The position numbers and the translations under genes were made by a program. Shown here one piece after another: positions 1 through 8,659 of a stretch of 64,000 nucleotides of DNA (positions are counted from its first letter, which is position 1; each line of letters begins with the position of its first letter). The DNA is taken from assembly GCA_045543655.1 (NCBI GenBank), contig JAZPXN010000085.1:422-64421 (forward strand). Reading direction: 5' to 3'. The notes under the pieces are model-generated. The model was not told the DNA's origin and did not search any database. It worked only from the letters and a program-made list of their open reading frames with translations. The DNA is from Eubacteriales bacterium (GTDB lineage Bacteria > Bacillota > Clostridia > Oscillospirales > UBA644).

Positions 1-195
1 TCCGGGGATACCACCGACGGCACCGGTACTGCGACCGACACGACCGATTCTGCCATTCCCGACGGCGGCGCCAAAGAGACCGGCCTTTCTGCCGGAGTGA
101 TCGTTGCCATTGTTTCCGGCGGCGTGATCCTTCTGGGCGGCGGTGCGGCGCTCGCCTGGCTTCTGCTCCGGAAAAAAGCTGCGCCCAAAGCCTGA
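1..195 (+). CDS. 3' end of a membrane-anchored surface protein (partial)
   Basis: Frame 1 is open to TGA at 193-195. It reads a Thr/Asp-rich linker (SGDTTDGTGTATDTTDS), a hydrophobic helix (VIVAIVSGGVILLGGGAALAWLLL) and a basic tail (RKKAAPKA). Confidence 0.8.
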   Translation, partial: SGDTTDGTGTATDTTDSAIPDGGAKETGLSAGVIVAIVSGGVILLGGGAALAWLLLRKKAAPKA

Positions 196-343
196 GTTCC
201 GTTTTCGAAACGGCTCTTGGGGCTACAATACGCCTTCTTCCCGATGACGGGGCCCGTTTCCTGCCTTAGCGGTCGTTTCCGCTGTGGGAACGGCAATCCG
301 TCGACCTCTTCCCTCCAGCAAATAAAAAAAGGAGATGTACGTT

Positions 344-2737
344 ATGAATCTAAAAAAATCCTTTCTCGCCCTGGCTTTGGCGCTGATGCTGTGCCTCGGC
401 CTCGTCGTCGCCACGCCGGCGGAGGAAGCTGAATTCGGCGCCGCGACGTCGATGCAGACCGGGGAATATATCCTGGTCGTTTCCGGCATCGAGCCCACGG
501 GGATGTCCCGGGGGAACTATTATATCACCGCCGAAGAGGCCAAGAATCCCGGGCTTCTTTTCGCCGCTTACGACGAAGACGACGTCGACGGTGCCACCTA
601 TTGGAAGGTGACCCGGGTCTCCGACACGGAATGCACCATCCAGAACCCCGAAAAGGGGGATAACGGCTACCTGAATATGTCTGCCAATACCCTGAAATAC
701 GGTAAAAAGCAGAATTTGAAATATCAGTGGGCGGCCGGGCAGTGCAAGTTCTACGTCACCGTGGGCGGAACCAATTATTATATCCGCTTCACCAACAGCA
801 CCAACAACGAATCCCGCTTCCACGCCGGCACCGGGGACGGAAGCAATCTGTTCAAGCTTTACGGCATGGTAACCCCCGAAAAAGAGCCGGATCTTCCCAC
901 CAACTCCGATGCGGATCAGCCCCTTCCCAAGGGCGATCCTCTGCTGACGGTGGCCTGCGTTTCCGACCTTCACGCCGACTACGGTCTGCAGGGACAAAAG
1001 CCCTACGTCCGTAATTCGGTCATTGAGACGCTGAACCGTATTTCCAAGGAGGAAAACGCGGATATCGTGCTGGTCGGCGGGGATAATACCTCCGATAACG
1101 GCCGGGTCTCCGACCAGGGCGGTTGGGCTCCCGATATCTTCCAGAGCGTAATCGATACTTATACCACTATTTTCGACGAGGCCACCGAATCGGGCCGCTC
1201 CCTTTGGGCCTGCGGGAATCACGACTCCGAGGCCGGGGAAGACGAGGGCTACGATTCCTACGCCGCCTACGAGGAGATTATGAAATCCTGCGGCGAGCCT
1301 CTGTCGGTCTATCGGCAGAAGGACGATAAAACCGTCTCCGATCAGCGCTATCCCGAGCATATTATGGGCATCCATTATAACGTGGAGGGCTTTGACTTTA
1401 TCGTCATCAATCCTCCCTACGCCCAGGCGCTGAACTATTCCACCGGGCTGTATCAGTGGCTCAGCTGGCGTCTTGCCGGCATTGCCGATACCCGCACGGT
1501 CTTCGTTCTCTCCCATTATCCCTTCACCGACGGCCGGGGCATTTCCACCCCCACCTACGGGCTTTCCGGCGGCGCCTACACCGCTCTGACCGGGATTCTG
1601 AAGAAATATCCCAACGTCATTTATCTTTACGGCCATAACCACGGCAATGCGGAATCGGTCTATATCTCCGAGGATACCTTTGAGCGGATCAATTCCTACA
1701 CTGCCGACGGCGGCGTGGTCAACAACCGCAACGTGATCCCCACCTCCTTTATTACCTCCTTTATGGGCTCTATGTCCTATTATAACTATTATCTTAATCC
1801 CGGCGGACTTGCGGCGGAGGATCCTGAGATCGTTCAGGCTCTGATGATCTACGTTTACGCCGACCGGGTGGTCTTCCAGATGAAGAACTACGGTGAGCAT
1901 CCCGACCACGCCGACAAGGTTCTGAAGCCCTGGACGGTCATGCGGGACGTGAAGGGGTCTCTGGACGACGCCAACCCCGAGGTTCAGAAGGATCAGTTCT
2001 TTACCGGTGCCAACGGAAGTGGCTCCGGCAACGACGGCAACGGCGGCGATTCCGGCAACTCCGGCGGCGTGGGCAACCGTCTGCCCTACGTGCCCCCCGT
2101 TATGGGTGACGTTCTGGTCACCGAAGGGGTCAACGATGCCGTGGTCTACGATCCCGCCCTGTCCATCCGAAAGACCGATCTTGCCAAGGGTGCCGTGACC
2201 CTGAAGATCGACGAAAATTCCTCCATTTCCGGCGCCGACCTGCGGGAGGGCATGGAGGTTATTCTGCGTCCCGTCACCTCCGGCCCCAACTACAGCATTC
2301 TCACCTACGGGCTGAAGAAGGCGGTCAACGAATTCAACGGCTACGAGATCATCATCAAAGAAAACGGAGAGGATTTCCGTCCCTCCGGTATGGTGAAGAT
2401 CACCCTGCCGATCCCCGAGGATTTCGCAGACCGGGCCAAGGATATCACCTTCGGCGCTTATTACGTGCAGAATACCAATCCCTACATGACCGACGTGGAG
2501 TTGAGCAAGGACGGAAAGACCGTCACCTTCCTGCTTCCCGAGTTGCGTCCCTTCGCCATTTCCGCCCGTTCCATCGTTCCCTACGATCTGGAGAATCCCT
2601 CCCCCGCCTTGGGCGGCACTCTGGAGATCGTCCTTGCCGTTTCCGGGGGCGTGATTGCCGTTGGCGGCATCGTGGTGCTGATTCTGGTTCTGCGGAAAAT
2701 GTGGAAAAAGGATCGGGAGACTCCCTATCAGTCCTGA
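344..2737 (+). CDS. Secreted, C-terminally anchored calcineurin-like metallophosphoesterase
   Basis: AGGAG RBS at 330-334 precedes ATG 344. There is an N-terminal signal peptide, metallophosphoesterase motifs SDLH, GGDNT, GNHD, SHYP and GHNH, a Gly/Asn linker, and a C-terminal TM helix with a basic tail. Confidence 0.85.
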   Translation: MNLKKSFLALALALMLCLGLVVATPAEEAEFGAATSMQTGEYILVVSGIEPTGMSRGNYYITAEEAKNPGLLFAAYDEDDVDGATYWKVTRVSDTECTIQNPEKGDNGYLNMSANTLKYGKKQNLKYQWAAGQCKFYVTVGGTNYYIRFTNSTNNESRFHAGTGDGSNLFKLYGMVTPEKEPDLPTNSDADQPLPKGDPLLTVACVSDLHADYGLQGQKPYVRNSVIETLNRISKEENADIVLVGGDNTSDNGRVSDQGGWAPDIFQSVIDTYTTIFDEATESGRSLWACGNHDSEAGEDEGYDSYAAYEEIMKSCGEPLSVYRQKDDKTVSDQRYPEHIMGIHYNVEGFDFIVINPPYAQALNYSTGLYQWLSWRLAGIADTRTVFVLSHYPFTDGRGISTPTYGLSGGAYTALTGILKKYPNVIYLYGHNHGNAESVYISEDTFERINSYTADGGVVNNRNVIPTSFITSFMGSMSYYNYYLNPGGLAAEDPEIVQALMIYVYADRVVFQMKNYGEHPDHADKVLKPWTVMRDVKGSLDDANPEVQKDQFFTGANGSGSGNDGNGGDSGNSGGVGNRLPYVPPVMGDVLVTEGVNDAVVYDPALSIRKTDLAKGAVTLKIDENSSISGADLREGMEVILRPVTSGPNYSILTYGLKKAVNEFNGYEIIIKENGEDFRPSGMVKITLPIPEDFADRAKDITFGAYYVQNTNPYMTDVELSKDGKTVTFLLPELRPFAISARSIVPYDLENPSPALGGTLEIVLAVSGGVIAVGGIVVLILVLRKMWKKDRETPYQS

Positions 2738-2783
2738 TTTTTGGGAAAAACGGGGCAATTTTGCGGAAAAACCCGTCGCCCCG

Positions 2784-2812
2784 TTGACCTTTTCCCTCTT
2801 TTGTGTTACAAT
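2784..2812 (+). promoter_or_regulatory. Sigma-A promoter with extended -10
   Basis: TTGACC-17 bp-TACAAT, with TG at the extended -10 position. Confidence 0.65.
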
Positions 2813-2867
2813 AGAAGCAGAGGGGGATCACTCCGATCCCCCATGACCCACAGAAAGGAACGATTCC

Positions 2868-3542
2868 GTGGATTCCGATAAGAAGAAGATTCAGGAACCC
2901 TTAACCACCTACGCCGAGCGGATTCTGGAGGATGAAGAAAGCCTCCACCTGCTGAACGGATATCTCCGTCTGCAGCAGGTCTATAACGCCGCCATCCGGG
3001 AAGTGACTACCAAGCTTCAGATCCTGGACGAGGAATTTCAGTACCGATACGATCACAACCCCATCCATCACATGGAATCCCGCCTCAAATCTCCCCGATC
3101 CATCGTAGGAAAGCTCCGCCGTCGGGAGGTCGAGATCAGCGCCGATTCCGCCCGGAAGAATCTGACCGATATTGCCGGGATCCGGGTGATCTGCTGTTAT
3201 ATTGAGGACGTTTACCGCATCGAAGAATTGCTCCTTCACCAGGACGACGTAACCCTTCTGCGCCGCTCCGATTACATCAAGGAGCCCAAGCCCAACGGCT
3301 ACCGATCGCTCCACCTGGTGATTCAGGTGCCGGTCTATCTTTCCGATCGCACCGAGCGCGTCCCCGTGGAGGTGCAGATCCGCACGGAGGGCATGGATTT
3401 CTGGGCCAGCCTGGAGCATCAGATGCACTATAAATCCACCCGTCCCGTTTCGCAGGAGCTTCAGCGGCAGTTGTGGGAATGCGCCGAGGAGCTGGCGGAT
3501 ATCGACCGCAAGATGCAACGGATTTACAAGCATTTGCAATAA
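2868..3542 (+). CDS. Small alarmone synthetase (RelA/SpoT-domain GTP pyrophosphokinase, YwaC/YjbM type)
   Basis: Motifs RLKSPRSI, DIAGIRVIC, KPNGYRSLH and EVQIRT..MDFWASLEH. 224 aa. Confidence 0.9.
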   Translation: MDSDKKKIQEPLTTYAERILEDEESLHLLNGYLRLQQVYNAAIREVTTKLQILDEEFQYRYDHNPIHHMESRLKSPRSIVGKLRRREVEISADSARKNLTDIAGIRVICCYIEDVYRIEELLLHQDDVTLLRRSDYIKEPKPNGYRSLHLVIQVPVYLSDRTERVPVEVQIRTEGMDFWASLEHQMHYKSTRPVSQELQRQLWECAEELADIDRKMQRIYKHLQ

Positions 3543-3585
3543 TATTCGTCTCCGTGTCCATACTAAAGGGCACGGAGGTTTTTTT

Positions 3586-4734
3586 ATGGATTTATTATCG
3601 TATGCAAAATCGTTGTCCCCCCGGCTTTCGGATTTACGCCGAAGGCTTCACGCCTGCCCGGAAACCGGATTCTCCCTCCCCCAAACGACGGCCTTGATTC
3701 GGGCGGAGCTGGAAGAGATCGGTCTGGACCCCGTGATAGGGAAAAGCGGCTTTATTACCGCCGAAATCGGCCCCGGAGACGGGGAGACGGTACTGCTTCG
3801 GGCAGACGTGGATGCTCTGCCTCTTCGGGAGGAGGCCCCGGAGGCCTTTGCCGCCCAAAACGGAAATATGCACGCCTGCGGTCACGATCTCCACGCCGCC
3901 TCCCTTCTGGGTGCTGCCCGGATCTTGAAGGCGACGGAGGGGAGCATGACCCGGAGGGTGCGGTTTCTGTTCCAGCCGGCGGAGGAATTGCTGGAGGGCG
4001 CCGCCGCGGCGGTGGAGGAAGGGATCTGCGAGGGGGTTTCGGCGGCCTATATGCTTCACGTGGCGGTGAATACCGGTCTTCCGGCAGGGACGGTGATCCT
4101 TCCTCCGGAGGGACAGATCGCCCCTTCTGCGGACTATTTTGAGATCTCTCTCCGGGGGAAGGGGTGCCACGGGGCCGATCCTGCGTCGGGCGTGGACCCC
4201 CTATCCGGAGCCGCGCGGATTCTCCTGGGGCTTCAGCACCTGACTTCCCGGGAGCTTCCCTCCGGAGCGTCTGCGGTGGTGACGGTGGGATCGGTTCACG
4301 GGGGAGACGCCTATAACGTCATTCCCGATTCGGCCCGTCTGCAAGGCTCTCTCCGGTGCTACGGCGACCGTTTCCGTCTTCGCCTGCAAAGCCGTATCGA
4401 AGAAATTTCCCGGTATACGGCGCAAGCCTTCGGCCTTTCCTCCGAAGTGCGGTTTCCTGCCGGATGCCCCTCTCTGATCAACGATCCCGCTTTGCGGCGG
4501 ACCGCTCTCCCCATCCTGCAGTCCCTGCTCAACGACCGGCTCCTCGTGGCACCCCAAGGGCCTTCCGGCACTGCCGGCTCGGAGGATTTCGCCGTTATTT
4601 CCCGGGCGGTTCCTTCTCTGATGCTGGCTTTGGCCGCCGGGGATCCGGGGGTGGGACTCCATCATCCGGCCGTCACCTTCGACGAATCGTCCCTGCCTTA
4701 CGGCGCCGCCACCCTGGCTTCGCTGGCGCTGTAA
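3586..4734 (+). CDS. M20D family amidohydrolase
   Basis: Motifs RRLHACPE, LRADVDALP, MHACGHD, FQPAEE, GKGCHG, GSEDF and LHHP. Confidence 0.9.
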   Translation: MDLLSYAKSLSPRLSDLRRRLHACPETGFSLPQTTALIRAELEEIGLDPVIGKSGFITAEIGPGDGETVLLRADVDALPLREEAPEAFAAQNGNMHACGHDLHAASLLGAARILKATEGSMTRRVRFLFQPAEELLEGAAAAVEEGICEGVSAAYMLHVAVNTGLPAGTVILPPEGQIAPSADYFEISLRGKGCHGADPASGVDPLSGAARILLGLQHLTSRELPSGASAVVTVGSVHGGDAYNVIPDSARLQGSLRCYGDRFRLRLQSRIEEISRYTAQAFGLSSEVRFPAGCPSLINDPALRRTALPILQSLLNDRLLVAPQGPSGTAGSEDFAVISRAVPSLMLALAAGDPGVGLHHPAVTFDESSLPYGAATLASLAL

Positions 4735-4762
4735 GAAGGTGCGGCGCAGGAAATTTCGAAAG

Positions 4763-4802
4763 AAGAACCCCTCTTCCACAAAGTGGTGGAAGAGGGGTTC
4801 TT
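4763..4802. terminator. Hairpin between convergent genes (likely terminator)
   Basis: AAGAACCCCTCTTCCAC-loop-GTGGAAGAGGGGTTCTT lies between the amidohydrolase and htrA stop codons. Confidence 0.7.
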
Positions 4803-4829
4803 GCGACCGTATTTCGTTTTTTTGCGATC

Positions 4830-6002
4830 TTATTCCGCGTTCAGTTCCTCCAGAACCAGGGTTGCGGTGTGGACGGCATCCTCCCGGATATAGGTGAGCA
4901 GCACCGAATCGCCGATCTTCATGCTTTGCAGCTCCGATTTCAGCTCGTCGATGGTCTTGATCTCCTTGTCTCCGGCCTTGATGATGATATCGCCGGGCTG
5001 CAGGCCTGCCTTTTCCGCAGGGCCGCCGGGAACGACGGAATAAACGTAAGCGCCCTGGATATCGTTTTCATCGTAGTTCATACCCGTGATGCCGATGCCG
5101 GGGCGAGAGATCTTTCCGGTGTTCATCAGCTCCTCCGCCAGGGGCAGAACGTCGTCAATAGGCAGAGCGAAACCGAGATTTTCGAAGGTCCCGGAGATCT
5201 TGATGGAGTTGATCCCCACCACCTGTCCGTAGACGTTGACCAAAGGTCCGCCGGAGTTGCCGGAGTTGATGGCCGCGTCGTGCTGAATCAGGTTCAGGGT
5301 ATAGCCCAACTCGGGGAAGCTCAGATCCTCCCGCAGGGCGGAAACGATTCCCATGGTGGCCGTGTAGGCCAGATTGGTATCGTAGGGCGTGCCGATGGCA
5401 ATGACCGTATCTCCGGGGACCAGCGCCGAGGATTTGCCGAATTCTGCCGGGGTAAGGCCGGAGGCGTTGATCTTGATGACCGCCGTATCCGATTGGGAAT
5501 CGGAGCCGACGACGGTGGCAGAATAGGTCTTGCCGTAATAGTCGGTGACGGTAATGGTTCTCGCACCGTCAACGACGTGATCGTTGGTCAGAATATGCCC
5601 CTGATCGGTAAATATAATGCCGGTGCCGAAGCCTGCGGCAGGCTTTCCTTCTTCGTTTACCCCTTCCACCGCAACGGTTACTACGGAGGGGGAGACCTTT
5701 GCGATGATCTCCTGGGGCGTCAGCGCGTCTCCTTCTTTCACGTCGTCCCGGTAGTTATAGGTGGGGGTGTTGCTCTGGGGAAGGTCGAAGGAGGGTTTGG
5801 AATTCCCCGCCGCCCAGATGGCGAAAACACCCATGAGCAACACAAAGCAGATCGCCATAATGGCAACGACGATCCAGACGCCGTTCACGCCCTTCTTTTT
5901 CGGCTCTTCCGACGGTGCGGGTGCGGCCTGCGCAGGGACGGGCTGAGGGAGGGGGGTCTGCTCCATAGAGGAGGTTTCGGGGGAAAAATCGTATTGTTCC
6001 AT
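4830..6002 (-). CDS. htrA: HtrA/DegP-like S1C serine protease with PDZ domain
   Basis: N-terminal TM helix, catalytic motifs LTNDHVV, SDTAVIKI and INSGNSGGPL, and a C-terminal PDZ domain (GGPAEKAGLQPGDII). Start placed at ATG 6002 after an AGGAG RBS. Confidence 0.88.
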   Translation of the reverse strand: MEQYDFSPETSSMEQTPLPQPVPAQAAPAPSEEPKKKGVNGVWIVVAIMAICFVLLMGVFAIWAAGNSKPSFDLPQSNTPTYNYRDDVKEGDALTPQEIIAKVSPSVVTVAVEGVNEEGKPAAGFGTGIIFTDQGHILTNDHVVDGARTITVTDYYGKTYSATVVGSDSQSDTAVIKINASGLTPAEFGKSSALVPGDTVIAIGTPYDTNLAYTATMGIVSALREDLSFPELGYTLNLIQHDAAINSGNSGGPLVNVYGQVVGINSIKISGTFENLGFALPIDDVLPLAEELMNTGKISRPGIGITGMNYDENDIQGAYVYSVVPGGPAEKAGLQPGDIIIKAGDKEIKTIDELKSELQSMKIGDSVLLTYIREDAVHTATLVLEELNAE

Positions 6003-6209
6003 ATTGTTATCTCCTTGAAAGGATAGATTCGACGTCGTCGGAAGCGATCGCCGCAGGAGCCTTAGCAAAGGGCGTCTGGGGCGATCCTTCACGTAAGAAG
6101 TGGTATTTCAACTTCCGTGCTTTCAGTATAACCGATTTTCTTGGTCTTCCTATGACGGATTTTTGGGAATTTTATGGGATATCTTCAGTATACTTCGGGA
6201 AATTAAATT

Positions 6210-6794
6210 TTATTTAAGAAAATCCCATCGGGTAACGTGGTATTGCAGGCAGTCCGCCGTTTTTCCCCGCAGGGAAACGTAGGCGGGTAGGGTCTTTTGG
6301 TAGCGATATCCGGCCTTTTCCAGTACCCGCAGGGAGGCCGCGTTCTCCGGATGGCAGACGGCGACGATCTCGTCCATCCGCAGGGTATTCAGGGCGTATT
6401 CGCCCAAAGCCTTCAGGCATTCGGTGGCGTATCCCTGCCCCCAGCATTTTCGGGTCAGCCAATACCCCACCTCCGCAGAGCGGTTGAAAAAGTCGATCTT
6501 GTTCAGGTGAATCAGCCCCAGAACCTTCGCGTCGTCCTTCCGCTCCACCGCCCATTCGGTACAAAGGCCGCTTTCCAACTGAGCGAGAACGTTTTCGATC
6601 ATTTGCACCGTTTCTTCCCGGTCGTAGGGGCCCCAGGGCTCGTATTTCGTCACCCGGGGATCCGAGGTCGCTTCGTACAGATCGTCCGCGTCCTCCCGGA
6701 AGACCCGCCGCAATCGCAGACGGTCGGTTTCGATGACCGGATAGGGATCCATCAGCCGAAGGAAATCCCGTTCAAACTGCTTTGACGGCTTCAT
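6210..6794 (-). CDS. RimJ/RimL-type GNAT N-acetyltransferase
   Basis: Motifs IETDRLRLR, AEVGYWL...WGQGYATE and NAASLRVLEKAGY. Confidence 0.88.
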   Translation of the reverse strand: MKPSKQFERDFLRLMDPYPVIETDRLRLRRVFREDADDLYEATSDPRVTKYEPWGPYDREETVQMIENVLAQLESGLCTEWAVERKDDAKVLGLIHLNKIDFFNRSAEVGYWLTRKCWGQGYATECLKALGEYALNTLRMDEIVAVCHPENAASLRVLEKAGYRYQKTLPAYVSLRGKTADCLQYHVTRWDFLK

Positions 6795-7828
6795 TCTTGA
6801 TTGGCTCCGTATTTTGCCACGAATTCCTCGTAGGCAAGACCCTCGGACATGATGATCTTTGCCGCTTCCTTGCCCACGTACCGATAGTGCCAGGGCTCGT
6901 AAATAATCTTCGTGATATCGGTTTTATCCTTTGCGTACCGGAGGATAAAGCCGTATTCGGCGCAATGGGCGTAGAGCCACCGGAAGGCCTCGGTTTTGTC
7001 AAAATCCGCGTTCAGCCGGTTGAATTCCGGGCAGGTAATATCCGCCGCAAGTCCGGTATGATGCTCCGAGGTGCCGGGGACGGCCACGATGGTGGCGGCA
7101 ATCTTGGTGGCCTCTTCTCTGGAATAGCCGTAGCCGATATATTCGTTGACCTTCGCGTTAAAGCTGTCGGTCTGCAGCTTGATGCCCCGGTAAGTAGAGC
7201 GCAGATACAGGGTAATGCCGTCGGCCTTCGCCGCGTTGACCATGTCCCGGAAGGGCTGGGCGCAGAGGGAGTTGACCTGCCGGTCAAGCCCGTTGAGGGA
7301 GACCCACTCCAGCTTCAGGGGATAGTTATCCGGGATGGGGTTGTCCGGATTGACCAGCACCAGATTCCAGGCGGAAAAATCAAAGCTTCCGTCGGCGTTG
7401 ATCCCCGGGTTTGCGTCGGTGGTGTGCCAGTCGTGAGAGCCGGAGCCTTGATTGTTATTCGTGGCGGTATTGGTATTCGTGTTCGTAGCGGAATTGGTAT
7501 TCGTGGGTCTGCTTGACGAGGTGCCGTCGGTTTCGGAATCGGTGGCAGGCTCGGAAGAGACCGAATCGGTGGTGTCGTCGGTGACGCTGTCGGTCGAAAG
7601 GTCGGACGTTTCGTCGGATGGGGAATCGGTCACCGATCCGCTTCCCGTTTTGCCGTCCGAAGTTACTGCCGCACTGTCCGTGCCGGGGCCGGCCGGATCG
7701 TCTCCGGCGTTGCCGAAGGGCAGAAATTTGACGGCCAGAAGGCACAGCACGGCCAAAACGATCACTACGGTGAGAATCAGCAGGTTGCGGGTGCGCTTCT
7801 TCGCGTTCCTGCGGGCAGTTCTGCTCAT
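6791..7828 (-). CDS. M15B (VanY-type) D-alanyl-D-alanine carboxypeptidase, membrane anchored
   Basis: N-terminal TM helix, a Ser/Thr/Asp-rich linker, and motifs LVN, STYR, PGTSEHHTGLAAD, YGFILRY and YEPWHYRYVG. Start 7828 follows GGAGG. Confidence 0.88.
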   Translation of the reverse strand: MSRTARRNAKKRTRNLLILTVVIVLAVLCLLAVKFLPFGNAGDDPAGPGTDSAAVTSDGKTGSGSVTDSPSDETSDLSTDSVTDDTTDSVSSEPATDSETDGTSSSRPTNTNSATNTNTNTATNNNQGSGSHDWHTTDANPGINADGSFDFSAWNLVLVNPDNPIPDNYPLKLEWVSLNGLDRQVNSLCAQPFRDMVNAAKADGITLYLRSTYRGIKLQTDSFNAKVNEYIGYGYSREEATKIAATIVAVPGTSEHHTGLAADITCPEFNRLNADFDKTEAFRWLYAHCAEYGFILRYAKDKTDITKIIYEPWHYRYVGKEAAKIIMSEGLAYEEFVAKYGANQE

Positions 7829-8625
7829 GGTTTTTCCTCCAAAATATGTAGATTTCGCATCATCGTTGCCTTTCCCTTCCATGCAAAGGCCCGGTCGACG
7901 TATTTTTCCCGGAATTGCCGGTCGGACAATCCTTCGATCTCTTCGATGGAAAGTCGGGGGAGAATTTCGTTGGGAGGCAGAGCGATGGGCGCTACGGAAA
8001 GACCTCGGTTATGGGGGCAGACCTCCGAGCAGCGGTCGCATCCCCAAGCCATGCCGTTGTTGCGGATGGCGGCGCGCTCTTCTTTGGTCAATTCTCCTTT
8101 TTTCTGGGTCAGGTAGGCCAGACATTTGGTATAATCAAAGCCGGCTTCGGTCAAAGCGCCGTTGGGGCAGGCCTTGATGCATTCGTTGCAATCCCCGCAT
8201 TTCCGGATCACGGGAGGTGGCGTTACGGTAAAATCGCCGTCGGTGACGATCTCTCCCAGGAAGATAAAGGATCCCTTGTCGGTGATGCAGAGGTTGTTCT
8301 TCCCCTTCACCGCAAGGCCTCCCAGCAACGCCGCCTTCTGCTCGTCCACCGGGGAATTGTCGGTAAAGGGCTTGAAAAAGCGTTCGGGATATTGCTCGCT
8401 CAATTCCTCCGCAATTTCCTTCAGAATATCGCCGAAATAGCGGTGATAATCGGGGAGCGCCGCAAATCGGGCCAGGGTCTGTCCCGGCACCGTGGGGAAA
8501 TAGTAGGGCAACGCGGTGATCAGCACCGTTTTTGCCCCGTCGATCGGCCGGAGCCCCGTTTGGTCAAAGGGGGCGGAAGCTACGGTCAGACCCCGCCGGG
8601 AAAAAACTTCGGAAACGGAATCCAT
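7825..8625 (-). CDS. queG: Epoxyqueuosine reductase QueG-like Fe-S protein
   Basis: Motifs DYH, GKNN, FLGEI, CGDCNECIKACP and WGCDRCSEVCP (two 4Fe-4S cluster motifs). Confidence 0.75.
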   Translation of the reverse strand: MDSVSEVFSRRGLTVASAPFDQTGLRPIDGAKTVLITALPYYFPTVPGQTLARFAALPDYHRYFGDILKEIAEELSEQYPERFFKPFTDNSPVDEQKAALLGGLAVKGKNNLCITDKGSFIFLGEIVTDGDFTVTPPPVIRKCGDCNECIKACPNGALTEAGFDYTKCLAYLTQKKGELTKEERAAIRNNGMAWGCDRCSEVCPHNRGLSVAPIALPPNEILPRLSIEEIEGLSDRQFREKYVDRAFAWKGKATMMRNLHILEEKP

Positions 8626-8659
8626 TGCCGTCGCTTCCTTTCCTTATTATAATAGAGAT

